From positions 21,142,001 to 21,206,000 of the forward strand of contig CM060734.1 in NCBI GenBank assembly GCA_030704615.1: DNA of 64,000 nt, written 5' to 3'. The notes under the pieces were generated by a model. The model was not told the DNA's origin, made no database searches, and saw only the letters and a program-made list of their open reading frames with translations. This DNA comes from Takakia lepidozioides (lineage: Eukaryota; Plantae; Bryophyta). This document shows, piece after piece, positions 1 through 12,657 of the stretch. Both the position numbers and the translations under genes were made by a program. The first letter of the stretch is position 1; the number at the start of each line of letters is the position of its first letter.

Positions 1-445
1 GAGTGGTTGAGCGGTATGGCAATGATGAGGGGAGAGGTGCAGAGGAACATGGGAGTGAAAGTGGACATTCGCCTGATGCCAATTTTGAAGCAGGGCCTCA
101 CTGTCATCTTTAGTGCTCTCCTATGTATGGAAGCTTCCCATAGCCATTACAAAGTTGATGTTAAAGAGTATGGCTTGGGATTCTGTGGCCTCCTGCTAAA
201 GAAACATTTCATTTCCTTTGTCTCGTTTGTTTCCATTTTGTCCCATGAGATGTTTCTGATTTCCGCCAACGTTCTAAGGTAACAAAAGAGAGCATTAGCT
301 AGCGGCGAGTATAGTTGGAGAAGTTCATTTGCAAGTAATGTGCTTTATGAGTATGTCCGGAAGTGACTATATATTTTGGGTATGACAACACCTTCCGTTT
401 TTTCGACTTCGGTCGAACAAATCTTGTTTGCTCACGTGGTGCCCT

Positions 446-1224
446 TCAAGTACTCCAACTTTCTACGCATCTTCGGATTTCAATCTCTGTCTTTGCATCC
501 CCCTTGCAAAACAGTACAAGGCACCCTTTGTCTTTTAATAGGGAAGATGCCAATGCCAAAGCATGTGGCACTGTATCCTTCGTCTTCGTGTTCCAACCTG
601 GAACAACAAAGTCTCGGACAGTGCCTTTCACGACTTGTCCATCTGGAATGTCAACGATCACCAGGTCTGCCCTTGTTTTCATACCCTTGGGCATCCGGTG
701 CATAGCGTCACTGGATGGATGTCTCTCGCGTCTATTTGTCCCCTCGGCTTTGGCCACCTGCTCGTAGTTCCTTTTGATGCCAACCTTTGAATAACAAATT
801 GATACCAATCGCACTTTAAACATGTTACCTCTGTTTTTTCAACTGAGTCTCGCAACGCTATCGCTTCGTAGAGCAACACTGATGCAAGCTGCAATACCCT
901 ACCCGCATTGCTGCTGAACATCAACGTCCACCTCCTCCGCTTCACCTGGAAATTGTGCAAGGCATCTTCAAACTGCCCTCCAGTTTCGTTGTCGTTTCTG
1001 TTTGCACCGTCTGTCTCATCCACACCCTCCGCACCGCTGTTGCCACCACGATCCCTGCCGGGGGAGGGGTTTTGCACTGTGGCCGTGTTTTTTTTGGGTT
1101 TCTGTTTCCTTTTACGCTGTTTTTTGGCAGCCGCGGCAGCCGCTAGATCAGTGTTCGCCTCTTCAATATGGGCTGCAGCTTCTTCGGCTGCCTCCTCCCA
1201 ACCCCCATATAGCGGTCGCTTCAT
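446..1224 (-). pseudogene. Truncated amino-DNA-methyltransferase-like gene fragment (copy C of the ParB-MTase family)
   Basis: ORF 446-823 reads RADLVIVDIPDG..VPGWN..ALALASSLLKDKGCLVLFC. This aligns by eye with CDMILLDIPDG..VPTWN..GFGLAGMLLDDGGCVVVLA at 56.8-56.97 kb and with the beta-class MTase N-terminal pattern (DLIxxDPPY...LLKxxG). The upstream Lys/Ala-rich ORF 679-1224 is a probable preceding exon. No motif I was found downstream within the window. Confidence 0.6.
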
Positions 1225-1545
1225 TTTTAAAATAAAAATAAAACAGCGACCGCCGTATTGGCGGTCGCTTCATTATTTTGAAAAACGAAAAAGAGCAACC
1301 GCTGTATTGGCGGTTGCTTCATATTGTTTTTAAAAACAAAAACGACTGCCGTAGTTGCAGTCGCTTCATTTATTTTTATTTTTAAAAAAGAGCCACTGCC
1401 GCTAAATGGCGGCCGCTAAATTTTTAAAAAACAAAGTGAGCGACCGCCAAAGCTGCATTTAAAAAAAAAATTAAAGAAGCGACCGGCAAGCGGCGGTCGC
1501 TTAATTTCAAAATCAAAATCAAAATATGCGACGGCCGGCGAATGG
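1210..1545. repeat. Array of short spaced inverted repeats AGCGACCGCC-N6-8-GGCGGTCGCT (left part)
   Basis: Repeated agcgaccgcc/ggcggtcgct motifs separated by A/T tracts. The array continues after the MULE insertion at 4313-4635. Confidence 0.8.
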
Positions 1546-4312
1546 GCCTCTCATTTTAAGATAATAGGGTCTTCAATGGGCACGTGCGATGTGGCCGGTG
1601 GGCCCCGCGCACGGACGCCCGGCTCCCGAGCACCCCGCCCGCCCCGCCCGCCGCTGCGCGCGGTCGCCCAGCCGCGGGCGCGGCTGCAGCAACCGCGCCC
1701 GCGCCCCGTCCGCCGCGCGGCCAGTCCCCCGCCCATGAGTCCGCTGCCCGCCAGTCCGCTGACGGCGCAGGATCGCCACCGTCCATTCCCATAACCCATC
1801 CGAGCCCTCCATTTTTAGGGTTGCGAAAATGGCAATGATCTTCCCACCAAATCCCGGCCGCTCTCTTTTGACGGCTGTTTGTTGTCCGATGTTGCGGTAG
1901 GCGTTTCCATGCACGCGACTGTTCCTCTTTTGCGCGCGATGTTCATGATGATGATGAAGCGTGTGCTTGAACATGAGAGGACTGTCTCGGCACTACAGCC
2001 ACCATCGTGCATATGCTTCCACTATTTTTGCCTTCTTGTTGTGCTTTCGGGAACCTTCGTTTTATGGTTTGGTTCTATGTCATAAATATAGAGAATACGG
2101 ACATCTGTCGTCGATAACGTCCTCTGCTTGTGATCCGTCATGATACGTTTAGCCCCTTCGTACTGCATCCCTCATGAGAGCCTTCACAAGTTTAGTTCGT
2201 TAAAGGAACCCATGGGTAACATGGGCGCGAAAATGGCGGAAGTGTATGCACATGGGGGCGTGTATTGCAGATTTCGTATCGGACGATGGGACTGTTTATG
2301 TGACCAAGTATAGCGGCTTGCATCCGTCGTGCATAAGTTGTGGAAAATGGTGGAGAATCTGAAGAAACCCAGCTTTGTGATGGATCCACATGGTATTATA
2401 TAAGGGATGGCAGCAAAAAAAAACAATTCGAGTTGTCACGGAACACCATCCAGTCGTAAGGTCCTCAAACATCCACACGCACCTGCTAAATGCAGATGTC
2501 TGAGCCACGACGGGAGTAGGTGCAGAATCGGTACATTGTCGCATTTGCCAGGAGACGGACCAGGCTGAGACAATTGCATCTGCAAATGCGCGTGGATGTT
2601 TGAGGTCCGTTGTGTCGCGACGTTCACAGTGGGTCCGCTGGCCCGTCAGTGCTCCGGATATTCCTCTTATCGCGTGCATAACAGTCAGTTTGGAGGTGGT
2701 CTGCTGGAAGTCCGTCTGTTGGGATATCAGTCTGTCGCACTTGTGAATTTGTCAGTCTGTTGTGTCGGAAGTCTGTTGCACTAAGTCTGTTTGACTTCTT
2801 ATTTTCCCTCCGGTCAGTCTTTTGGCTTGTTCTCCCGCCAGTCTGGCGAAACGTCCGTCTGCTGGACAGTTCTCCTCTATGGATATCAGTCTGTTGGACT
2901 GTGCATGCATCAGTCTGTTGTGCCACGAGTCTGTTCGCAATGGGTGTGTTCGACTTTCCTGTTCTCCCCTTACTCTCTTTTGTCTTCATTCCGCTGGCAG
3001 GGAAGTGCCTCCAATATGAAGCCGCTTCGCCTCAACAAAGCGAATAGTCCGCTGGACTGGCGGTCCGGTGGACTCTCGGCCCGATGGAAAATGAGTTTGC
3101 TGCACTTGCGAGGACCGTGGATGAATTTGCTGGACCTTGAAACAGCATTGGCAACCACGTTTGTAAGACTCTCCATACTCCGACTTCTTTCTCCTTGGGC
3201 CTTTATGAGGGCAAGATGTTCCAGCACCCACAAGAGGTCCTCCACGCTTCTGTTTTGGATCCTCCACTATTGCCTTGTTGGTGCGCTTGTCATCAGGACC
3301 GTAGCAGCATTGATACCTGGACAGAAAATTCTAAAATCGATATCCAACGACTTGAGGAAGCATAAAATCAGAGAACTCGTGAAACAAAAAATGGCAACAG
3401 ACATACAATGAAACGTCAAAAGGACTGAGGATGGTCCACACATAATACTGGACAGAAATGTGTTGGCTCTGGGTGCTTTTCGCGAGCCGGGTTCCACTTT
3501 AGAATGGACATTCACCCAAAACTGAGTGGGGTAGTCCTCCAAACTCTCCTCTCCCAGGACGAAGTCACCAACTCCATCCCAAGGTATGCAGGCCTTTTCA
3601 ACATTCACTCGCACATCCATAAACCCATATTGCGTCTCACTCTTCCAATAGAGATCCTTCCTGTTGAAGGGTCCTGGTTTTGCTGTTTGCAAACATTATC
3701 GAAGAGGCCGTATAAGCGGGCTTTCCGTGATCAGTATATCATCGGGTTTTGCTTCCATGTCCATGCCCTATACAGTACAAAGGACACGCTTCTGAACATG
3801 CAAGAAACGCACCGCAGTACAGGACACGATCGACAACGTGCCAGGAGAACAGTGCGCACGTTCGCGGCTGCTGGCAAGTGGCAGGCGGCAGGGATGCAGG
3901 TTTGAATTGCAGCCCTAAAAATGGAGGGCTCGGATGGGTTATGGGAATGGACGGTGGCGATCCTGCGCCGTCAGCGGACTGGATGGCAGGGGACTGGCCA
4001 GCGGACTGGCGGGCAGACTGGCAGACTAGCAGACTGTTGGGCAGCGGACTGGCGGACTGGCAGACTGCTGGGCAGCAGACTGGCCAGCGGCGGACAAGCA
4101 GACTGGAGGGCGGGGGACTCATGGGCGGGGGACTGGCCGCGCAAAGGACGGGGGCGCGGACGCGGTTGCTGAAGCCGCGCCCGCGGCTGGGCGACCGCAA
4201 GCAGCGGCGGGCGGGGCGGGCGGGGTGCTGGGGAGCCGGGCATCCGTGCACGGGGCCCACCGGCCATATCGCACGTGCCTATTGAAGACCCTATTATCTT
4301 AAAATGAGAGGC
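1546..4312. mobile_element. Non-autonomous Mutator-like element (MULE) with long TIRs and 9-bp TSD
   Basis: TIR GCCTCTCATTTTAAGATAATAGGGTC... (1546-~1825) is mirrored at ~3912-4312. A perfect 9-bp TSD GGCGAATGG lies at 1537-1545 and 4313-4321. Internal CAGTCTG/CAGACTG micro-repeats are present. Confidence 0.93.
2986..3692 (-). pseudogene. N-terminal remnant of a plant SWIM-family (MULE-derived) transposase inside the MULE
   Basis: IPWDGVGDFVLGEESLEDYPTQF (3267-3692) and EDPK...KRGCQCCFKV (2986-3267) resemble the IPxxRVxDFVxGE..CPxxF and GPED..RGCxCHFxV motifs of plant SWIM zinc-finger proteins. The fragment is disrupted and has no DDE core. Confidence 0.55.
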
Positions 4313-4635
4313 GGCGAATGGCGGTCGTTGTATTTTTTAAATATTTTTAAACTACGAGCAACTGCCAATCTGGGCGGTCGCTTAATTTTTTTAAATAATA
4401 ATTTTCAAGCGACCGCCAATATAGGCCGTCGCTTAATTTAAAATATAATAAATTGTAGGTGACCGCCAATATGGGCGGTCGCTTCATTTAAAGCTTCATA
4501 AATTGTCGGCAACCGCCAATATAGGCGGTCGCTTAATTTAACAAAATATTAAATTACAAGCAACCGCCAATATGGGTGGTCCATTGATTTAAATAATAAT
4601 AACTTCTAAGCGACCGCTAATATGGGCGGACGTAT
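4313..4635. repeat. Array of spaced inverted repeats (right part), ~50-bp period
   Basis: AAGCGACCGCCAATATRGGCGGTCGCTT-like units at ~4410, 4460, 4510, 4560, 4610. Confidence 0.85.
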
Positions 4636-5399
4636 TTTTAAAAATGAATTAATAATTTTAATAATTGGCCACGTCTGTTTTACACCGTGGCTGCCATGTC
4701 ATTACGAAGGGTAGAAGTAAATGTTAAAAGTCAAATATAAGAAAAAATACATGGATAAACGTCCAGATTCGACGTGACGTCTGACGTGTCCGGGCCAAAT
4801 CACGTCAGGAATGATAACTAGGGACAAATGTAGGTGATAGTAGTGTTCGGGTGAGGTAGGCGTTCCTCTACCTCCACATAATTTTCTAACCCACACCCAA
4901 ACAGCCAACACATCCAGTCAAATGGAAGATCAATAAAGCTCATTTTGCTCAAAAAGGAGGTGGCCTCCCCAGACCTCCGAATAGTAGGAAGAAGACAATG
5001 GAAATCGATGCCTTCGTCCGCGATGGTGCGACACAAGGGGCAGCACCCTAAATACGCCACTTGTCAGGCGAGATGTGCCTCTAACGAGGATTGCATATTG
5101 AGATTCCCTAAGAAGGGGGGTTGGCAGCACCAGGGCCAACATGTATTAAACCTGAAAAAAGAAGAGATGGGGGCAGTGAGAGCCTTGTCCCCCCAATGGC
5201 CCTACTTTGGCCGAGATCCAGTACCCTCGGTACTCTTCGGCGATGTCCAGTATGCGGCCGCGCATTAACCTGCAAACTACGATTGCATCTTCGGTTCGCA
5301 CTTCGCCGGATCGGGTGCCGGAAATAACACGGTAAAGACCCACCACGCGTGCTTCAAAAGACAATAAAAACGATGGGCTTCAATATGATCGGTGGCCAT

Positions 5400-8300
5400 G
5401 CTGCAGCTTCATGATTGCCATGGCGTTAGTAATTTCAATGAACACTGATCCAAACACCCTCATGCAAGAGCTTCTAATCTTCATGTGCCTGGGGTTCCTC
5501 AATCTCCACCTAATGGAGTAAGATCATGAATAAACAGTAAAGTATTGCATAGAAACAAATCAGGACGAGAACACATATTGTTAGTCCGTCCATAACAATT
5601 TGGAGAAGTCCTGACTATTCACTTACCTCCCGGCAGACGCACCATTCATATGACGAGCCTTGAGCGCGCGCGGTCAGGGTAACGGCATAGTAGTCTAGGG
5701 GGGCCGAGGTAAGTTGCGGTGTAGGTTGGGCTCACTGAACTGCCTACCCGACTGCGGTTAGTGCAGGGGTCCGTGGTTGTACATGGTGGCTATGATCACT
5801 ATCTAAGTCCTACCGGCAAAGAGAAATCACGTACTCCTCTTCACAGGGCGAGTTTGCGTTTCTAAGTCCTACGGTATCCTACAATCTACTCAGTAACTGC
5901 CTTCCAAGTCTTTGTGATTTATTGTCTAATTCCTACCGCCCAGGCCCCCGAGCCGCCTATAGCCGGGACATGTTTTAATCCCTTCACAAGGCACCTGCCG
6001 AGCCTAGGGAGAAGAGGGAAAATCGTCCTCTCCCAATGCCCCTCCTTCGCCGAGGGCTTGAGTTCAAGTCACCTCTAAATGGAAGGGCCAACGCTTCCTA
6101 CCCCAGTGCCTAAATACTTTGTTTTAGCAAAGGAGTGGCCAAAATGCTTATCGTCATCCAATAGGTTCACTCAATTCAATAAGGTGGTTCTAAGCCCTTC
6201 AACTCAACAAGTTCAATCAGTTTAATCAACGCCCTGCAGGCTATAACGAGCACCACGTGCATCTATCCTATTTAAGCAATTTCGCAAATCAGAAATGCTG
6301 GAGAATAAAAGAAATTAAGAAAATCAGAAAAAATACCTCCCCTATGGGAAATCATGTGGAGAGTCCAAAGATACCCTTGGTGCCTCAAAATGCCCTTGGG
6401 AACCCTATGGGTACCCAATGAGAACCGAGGAACACCCGGGAACCGTTCCCTGCCATGGGGAACTGTCGCGGCTCTATCGGATGAATGAATCTCGCTGAGA
6501 GCTCATCCCTGCCACTACATTCGTTAGTCCAGATTATGCACGCGGATAAAATAACCACTGGTGGGTCCAAGCCAGATTTCACCCCCCTTACATTATTTTA
6601 AGGTGCTGGTGCGCTTTCCCTCCATGGAAAAAGTCATTCTCTTGGGCACTAACACAAAGGCTCACTGTAGCCGAGTTTTTAGGACAGAGTACCTTCTCTC
6701 CTCCCTTGTCTCTCGAGGTCTCCGCCTCTAGCTCACTGCTCCCAGGCCCGCTTGGCTCTCTCTTGGAGTCCTAAGAACGCTCCCCTCCGAGGCTACGTCC
6801 TCCAAAAATCCTAGATTTTATCTACCACTGGCGCCTTAGATAATGGTTCCTAACCCTTAGAGGGGTATAAATTGAATCTAATAGCTAAAGATAAGAATAC
6901 CCCCATTTAAGGGAATTTGCAGACACATTGTCCGCTGGGTAAAACGCCCCCGCCACGTGGCGGGGCGCAGATCCACGCGTAGCGGTCCAAACCGTGGACC
7001 GCTGCGGTTAACGCCAGCGTCCGCCGTTCCGTCTCAACTTTTGGTTATCCAGCGGGTAAAGACCCGCACCCTGCTCGCATGCTTCAGGGCCACGCGGATG
7101 ATCCATGCGGCTGATGTACTTGATCTCAGTACGACTTAAGGTCAGCGCTGGGGCCCCGCTCCCGTACGTCGTGGCTAGGCCACGGCTGCCTCCACACTTT
7201 TAGTAATCGAGTCCCTACTCTCTTGGCGCAGCACCCGACTTTGGGGCAGCTGCTGTCAAGCGAAATTAACCCGCCCAAACCCCAATACAGAAAAATACAA
7301 CCCACCCTCCCCTAGGCCTCCATGGCTTGCTAGTGGGGGGGGGGGGGATTTAGCACATAGTGGCCTTATAGTGGCCTGATATCATAGATCCAGCCTACTG
7401 GCCTGCCTTTGCCAGGGCTGGCTATATTTCAAATTAGTAATCAAACACAAAGATTCCTTCTTCCAACAATTCAAATACAAGCCTCTATTGGTGCCCTTCC
7501 CAATAGACTATGGGGGTCGTCCCCTTGTCACTTCTAGACATGAAATAATGGGATTCCACAATGCACTCTCCTCTTTTGAAGAGTTTAAATCAGATTTTCA
7601 ACTTCAAGCTTTGCTTGGAAAATAAATGAATCACATACACAAATGGTGAAATGGTAAGATGGGATCAACCTTTCTATGCGAGAGTGCTTGGGATGCTCTA
7701 TCAACTCAAGTAATGGTACTCTATGCGGCCTCCACTTGGGCTCTCATCCATAAGTTCATACCAGCCCCTCCTACTCGTCCTCAAGTCATTTTCCTCCACA
7801 TGAAATTGCCCTCTTCCTTCACAAATGAAAATGTCTCAAAGGCCCACAAGCTAGGCCACTTGCCTTAGCTTACAAGAATCCTACCTAACTAGGCAGCTTC
7901 AAGCTCCACTCCCTAGGATCTAGCCCCTCCTCAAGCCAAAAGCTAGCAAGCACTATAACAACAAGCAAGAGGAAACTAAGCAAATGAACTAGATGAAGAA
8001 TAAGAGAAGCCTTGCCCCCTCTTTTATACTGTTGTTGTGCCTAATAGACTAATGAAAAATATTCATTAAACTATTGTTTCTTTGGAGGATCTATAATATA
8101 CTATTCCACATGGATGAAAAGTCTTAGAGGCAAATGAAAGCTACATTTTCATCCATCCAATTGGATGACCAGTTGGCGCGAGTTGTCATTTCATCCATCC
8201 AGCTCCTCAAGGCGAATTCCAGGATTTTTCATCCATCCAAGAAATAGAAATGCAAATAATAGGCCTTGTGAGTGCCGTCGACCCAATAATTTGGCCCCGC

Positions 8301-8431
8301 TACTAATCAGCTCCATAAATCACCAAACTTGGTGACAAACTACAATTATATACCCCCTATCAGCCTGTAAATTCTCAGCTCCATCGGTGGTAAAAAGTTG
8401 CGCTTCTCGCCATTCGTCGTATTTTCGCTAC
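5400..8431 (-). mobile_element. Probable LTR-derived non-coding sequence
   Basis: No long ORF. There is a reverse TATA-like cccctcttttata near 8020 and CATCCATCC-type motifs shared with the 10.1-12.4 kb LTR-like block. Termini and TSD were not resolved. Confidence 0.3.
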
Positions 8432-9008
8432 ACACATATTTTGTGGTATATTTGGAAATCAAATCCCTGGTGATGGCTCTGGGGTCTTTGACCCTGCCAC
8501 TAAGTCATAGGTTGTCCAGAGTCCCCTCCAGTTATCCCGCACCGCTAACAAGTCCACGCTTCGCCGTTTGAAGTCAACCTGACTTGCTGTTATTCCGATG
8601 CGGCCAATTGTTTTGTTGCGATATTTCATCGCTATACATGTCGCTTCCACAATTGCCAAGCTCCTCGCCGTGTGTTCCTACTAGACTTGAAAGGCGGGAG
8701 AAAAGAGAGATCGCAATCTGGGACTGGAACAGTCATCCTGTATTGTTCGAACAGGATTAACTCGCCGTTTCTGGTATTGAATTGGCAGCCTAATCTGCTG
8801 TCGATACAGCTTCTTACGGTCATCTTGACGCCAGAGTTCCACTCCATGGTCGTCGCAGACACTGTCTAATTTCCTACGTGCTTTACCAACGATTTCCAGA
8901 CAACTAACAAACCAACATGTTTTGGCAGTTTAATGCCGAAACCGCTTGTCTTATGATAAAAAATGATCTGAAAAGAAAAGTGTACCAATATATGCATCTA
9001 CACCTCAC

Positions 9009-9488
9009 AAGTTTTGGTTTTGTCCTGATGACATGAAACGTTGCGTGATGGAAACTGTCCATGATTTGGTGATAATCAAACCTCAAATCCCAGAAGTTTG
9101 GCCAGTTAAGATGGGAACTACACTCTCTACACAGGAAATTGACATGATGGAGGATGCAGGATTTCGGCTCCCAAGAGGACCAACTGTCATAACGGTTAAT
9201 TCTTCGCATGATTTCCCTTCCCTATTTCCTGCGCGCCCTCCACATGGCAACGACTGGCCTACGAAAAGAAATGGAAAGGTGGTCCGGCGGGTTGAGGTAG
9301 GTGCAGAACACGAGTGCAAGATTGAATCAGCGAAAACCCTGCAGTGTCGGATCACCCACGTTGTCGATGTTCCCCCACCAGGCTACGGACAGGTGTATAG
9401 TATGGTGACGATGGGATCTGTTCTTCACAACAGGGCATACGAGGTAACTGTTTCCAATTTCCCGGATTGCACTTGCCCTCATAAATAA
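9009..9488 (+). pseudogene. C-terminal fragment of the GCM/MULE/SWIM transposase family (truncated in the SWIM finger)
   Basis: KFWFCPDDMKRCV..VWPVKMGTTLSTQEIDMMEDAGF..WPTKRNGK..YEVTVSNFPDCTCP is clearly homologous to 42300-42770 (KFWFCADDCARCV..VWPVKVGTHLSFQEIEMLEEAGF..YDITVSNFPNCTCP). Confidence 0.85.
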
Positions 9489-9503
9489 AATGGAATTCTA
9501 GCA

Positions 9504-10132
9504 ATGGCAGAGCCAGAGGACCAGTCGAAGGACAACTCCTTGATTCCGGGATTGACAGACCATGTGACACTAGAATGCGTTGTATGGGTGCCTCGCTCTT
9601 ATTATTTACCGTTGAAATGTGGTTATAAGAAATGGCAGAATGCGTTAGCGGTGGTTGATGACGAAGGCTGCAACGACATCTTTGAGACTCGCAAACAGAT
9701 ACGGATCAAGGATGAATGGGTTTACATGCTGGCTGGGCCTGCACACAATGTACAGCCTCTCATAAGTGCACGGAAGTGGTGGGCATTTGATTCCGTTAGT
9801 ACGCGTTGGCGTTGTCTGCCAGACTACCCTGTGGATTATACCTTTGAAGTTTCTGACAAGGAGTCGGCAGTTACAGGAACTCAGCTTTTGGTTTGCGGAC
9901 AGTACTCTAGAGGTTACATGGTATGGAGGTATGATCTAGAAATCAATGAATAGTCTTCAACGCCAAGAATGATTCAAGATCGATGCCTTTTTTACTCAGC
10001 AAATGTGGGCAAATATGTCTATTTGTATTGGAAGTCTCACCAATAGACGACTCTCAAAGCAATCAAGCGCTACAACTCGCTACTTCAAGCATGCGAACCT
10101 CTCCCCGATCTCAAAATAGCACGGAAAATGGA
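9504..10132 (+). pseudogene. F-box/kelch-repeat protein pseudogene (SKIP11-like)
   Basis: F-box start LIPGLTDHVTLEC, then EWVY, WWAFD and the SDKES..GTQLLV signature. There is a premature stop at 9951-9953 and frameshifts after it. The gene is cut off at ~10133 by an LTR-like sequence. Confidence 0.8.
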
Positions 10133-12362
10133 TGTAATGGGAAAACAAGGATAAATGTGAACCGCTGGATATTGGTTGATCAAGGGTAGCGATCCACACT
10201 TCCCAAACGGATGAATGACATGGATGAGGAGCAACATTCATGAGGACTTAAAACGGCTCATGTATCAATGTAAGTTGGTCATGTACCAAACTTAAGTTGG
10301 TCATGTCCCTGGATGGATGAAAGTTACAGATGGATGAAAATTATGAGGAAGAATGAAAATGGATGAAATCAGCGGACGGATGAGAGAGCACAGGCTGGAT
10401 GAATTTATAGGATGGATGCAAAAGAGACGACATTACCAGGATGGATGAAATCAGAAGTATCCAGGTTTGCTTGGCCAGCAAGCTTCCCATTAAATTTAAT
10501 GATTAATTCCTAATTTTCCTATTGGCCCAAAAGAAGCATAAAAGGAGGCTTGGGGGAGTGGGAAGGAAGGAGTATCAATCAAGAGATTACTAGTGAGCGA
10601 CTAGCATGATGTAGAGAGCATGGTAGAGGGTAGCCGTTAGAGTTGGAGAGCACACAGATGGAGAGAAAATCAGTAGTAGTGAGCGATGGACTCGAAGTTA
10701 CAACTATTTTGTTCCAAATTTGCAATCGTATCTAGTTCTTTCCGCTTTGTAATTGAGTGAAGTGATGACTTGATCTGATCAACCCTCTCGGAGTGTCAAG
10801 TGTAACGCTAATCTAGACAAGGGCTGGTAGGACGTCCAGTTCTTTTGTTTAGCTTTTCAAGTTCTTGGCTTTAGGATTCTGCTCATTTGTTGGCAAAATA
10901 GATATGCTCTAGTGGGGTCCTATTGACCTATTTTCATGCTAGTTCTTTCTGATAACAGAGAACAAAGATAATTCTCCCAATAGAACCTGACATTAGTGAA
11001 ATCAGAGCCTTGTATCCACAGAAATTAATTTTTGAAATCAGTTTTTCTTACACTGGCACAAAATTGCAGATGTTGGGGACTCGTCATTTTTCATGTAGGA
11101 AAGGGTTCTCATTTCTTTTATACAAAATCGATCTGCTTTAGAATATGTTCTTGGCTTTCTATGCTAGTTCTTGTTGATAGCAGAGAATAAGGCTAATACT
11201 TCTAATAGAATCTAAGATTAGCCAGATCGGAGCCAGGGATCATAAAATATGAAGTTTTAAAGGTAGTTGTTTTTAAACTGGAGCAACAAAAGTCTATGGT
11301 GTAGAATTATGTTTGGCTGATACGTATTTACTTCTGCTAGTAAGATATCTGAGTGGATTCTTCCTTGAGTTATAAAATTAATATTACTATAGCACTAGAA
11401 GTTTGTAGTTCTAGTAATTATTGTTTGGGTTAAGAGATATTAATTTCTAAAGTAGGCAGTATATGCTAGCAGAATTTGGGACTTAGCCATATCCATGGCA
11501 CTGATTCTGCAAAGACATATAAGTTTGAACGATTTGAGCTAAACCTTATTTATGGACCTTGATTCACAAATTAATTCCAAGATCTTGTTGAGTAAAGCTT
11601 AGGTTAGAGCTTTTGTTAAATTGAAGAACCTAGTAGGAACTTATTTTTTGAAAATAGGGAATTCTAACTGCCAGGCCATGTTAAAGAGTGAAATTTGACT
11701 ATTGTGTTTAAATAACTAAAAGAAACCCTCTTGTAAGAACATCTTTAGATTAGTCTGATGGTTAGTCTGGTAGTTTACACTTCCGAGGTTGGGGGGTTCA
11801 ACACCCGTCGGCCGCAACTTGCTTAGTTTTTCTTATTTGTTCATAATCCTTCTAATAGCCCTATAAGTACTTAGATAGGAAGATTGGTTTTTGAATATAA
11901 CTTGAGGGACTTATCGGTTAGTGGTTTCACTCGCGCATTCGAGGTTGGGGTTTCAAATTCCAATAGCCACACTATTTCCCTGTAGTTGGTTTTGATTCTC
12001 TTCTTTTATTTTGGTTATATTAATATTGTTTGTTGGGCTGATCTTTTCCTTAGAATGATCTAATTGATTATATATTCTTGACTCACCTAAATTAATGGGT
12101 ACTAGTAAAAACTAAATAAATCAATATCTCTATCTTCTAAACATATACATAAAATTATTCAAAAAGAAAAGAAATAATAAAGTTGGTTAATTGAAATTAA
12201 TTTATTGTTGTTTACTGAATAATTAATATTTACACTAGAATATCTCTCCTCTAAAATAACCATAACCCTTTATACCGAGGATAATTATACATTCGCATTA
12301 CTTATTTCTGGACTATTGTTTTCGTAAATACGTCAATGAGTTAGTACTAATTGTTGGTTACA
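10133..12362. mobile_element. LTR-like sequence
   Basis: Begins TGTAA exactly where the kelch homology stops and ends GTTACA. It is AT-rich, non-coding and adjoins Gypsy internal sequence. No TSD was found. Confidence 0.45.
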
Positions 12363-12657
12363 AATTACAAACGCAAACACTTATAACATAGAAAATTTAT
12401 AAATCCACACTAGCAGCACCCTTGGAGCTAGGCGGCGCCTTCGGGACCTAACCTAGCTCTGTCTAACACGAACCCTAAATTAAGTATGCAATCGTTAATG
12501 GGGAACATTAATGGTCGACAACCTCCAATTGTCGCCGCTTCTTCATGCCAGAGATCAATTCATCCACTTGAATCTGAAGAGTGTCCATGTCTTCTTGCAA
12601 ATCAGCTATTGTATTATAGACTCCGTCAATAGTACTGGTGGCAATGGCCTGCACTTA

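Noticed and set aside
1551-1838. GC-rich overlapping ORFs in both MULE TIRs (also 3739-4285)
   Set aside because: Open frames are explained by high GC content of the inverted repeats.
4820-4845. CACTA right terminus (..TAGTAGTG)
   Set aside because: Only a short match and no partner TIR or TSD within the window; mentioned only as a possibility.
4870-5370. Possible LINE zinc-finger remnant (CCPLCRT..H on the minus strand)
   Set aside because: Too short and degenerate to support.
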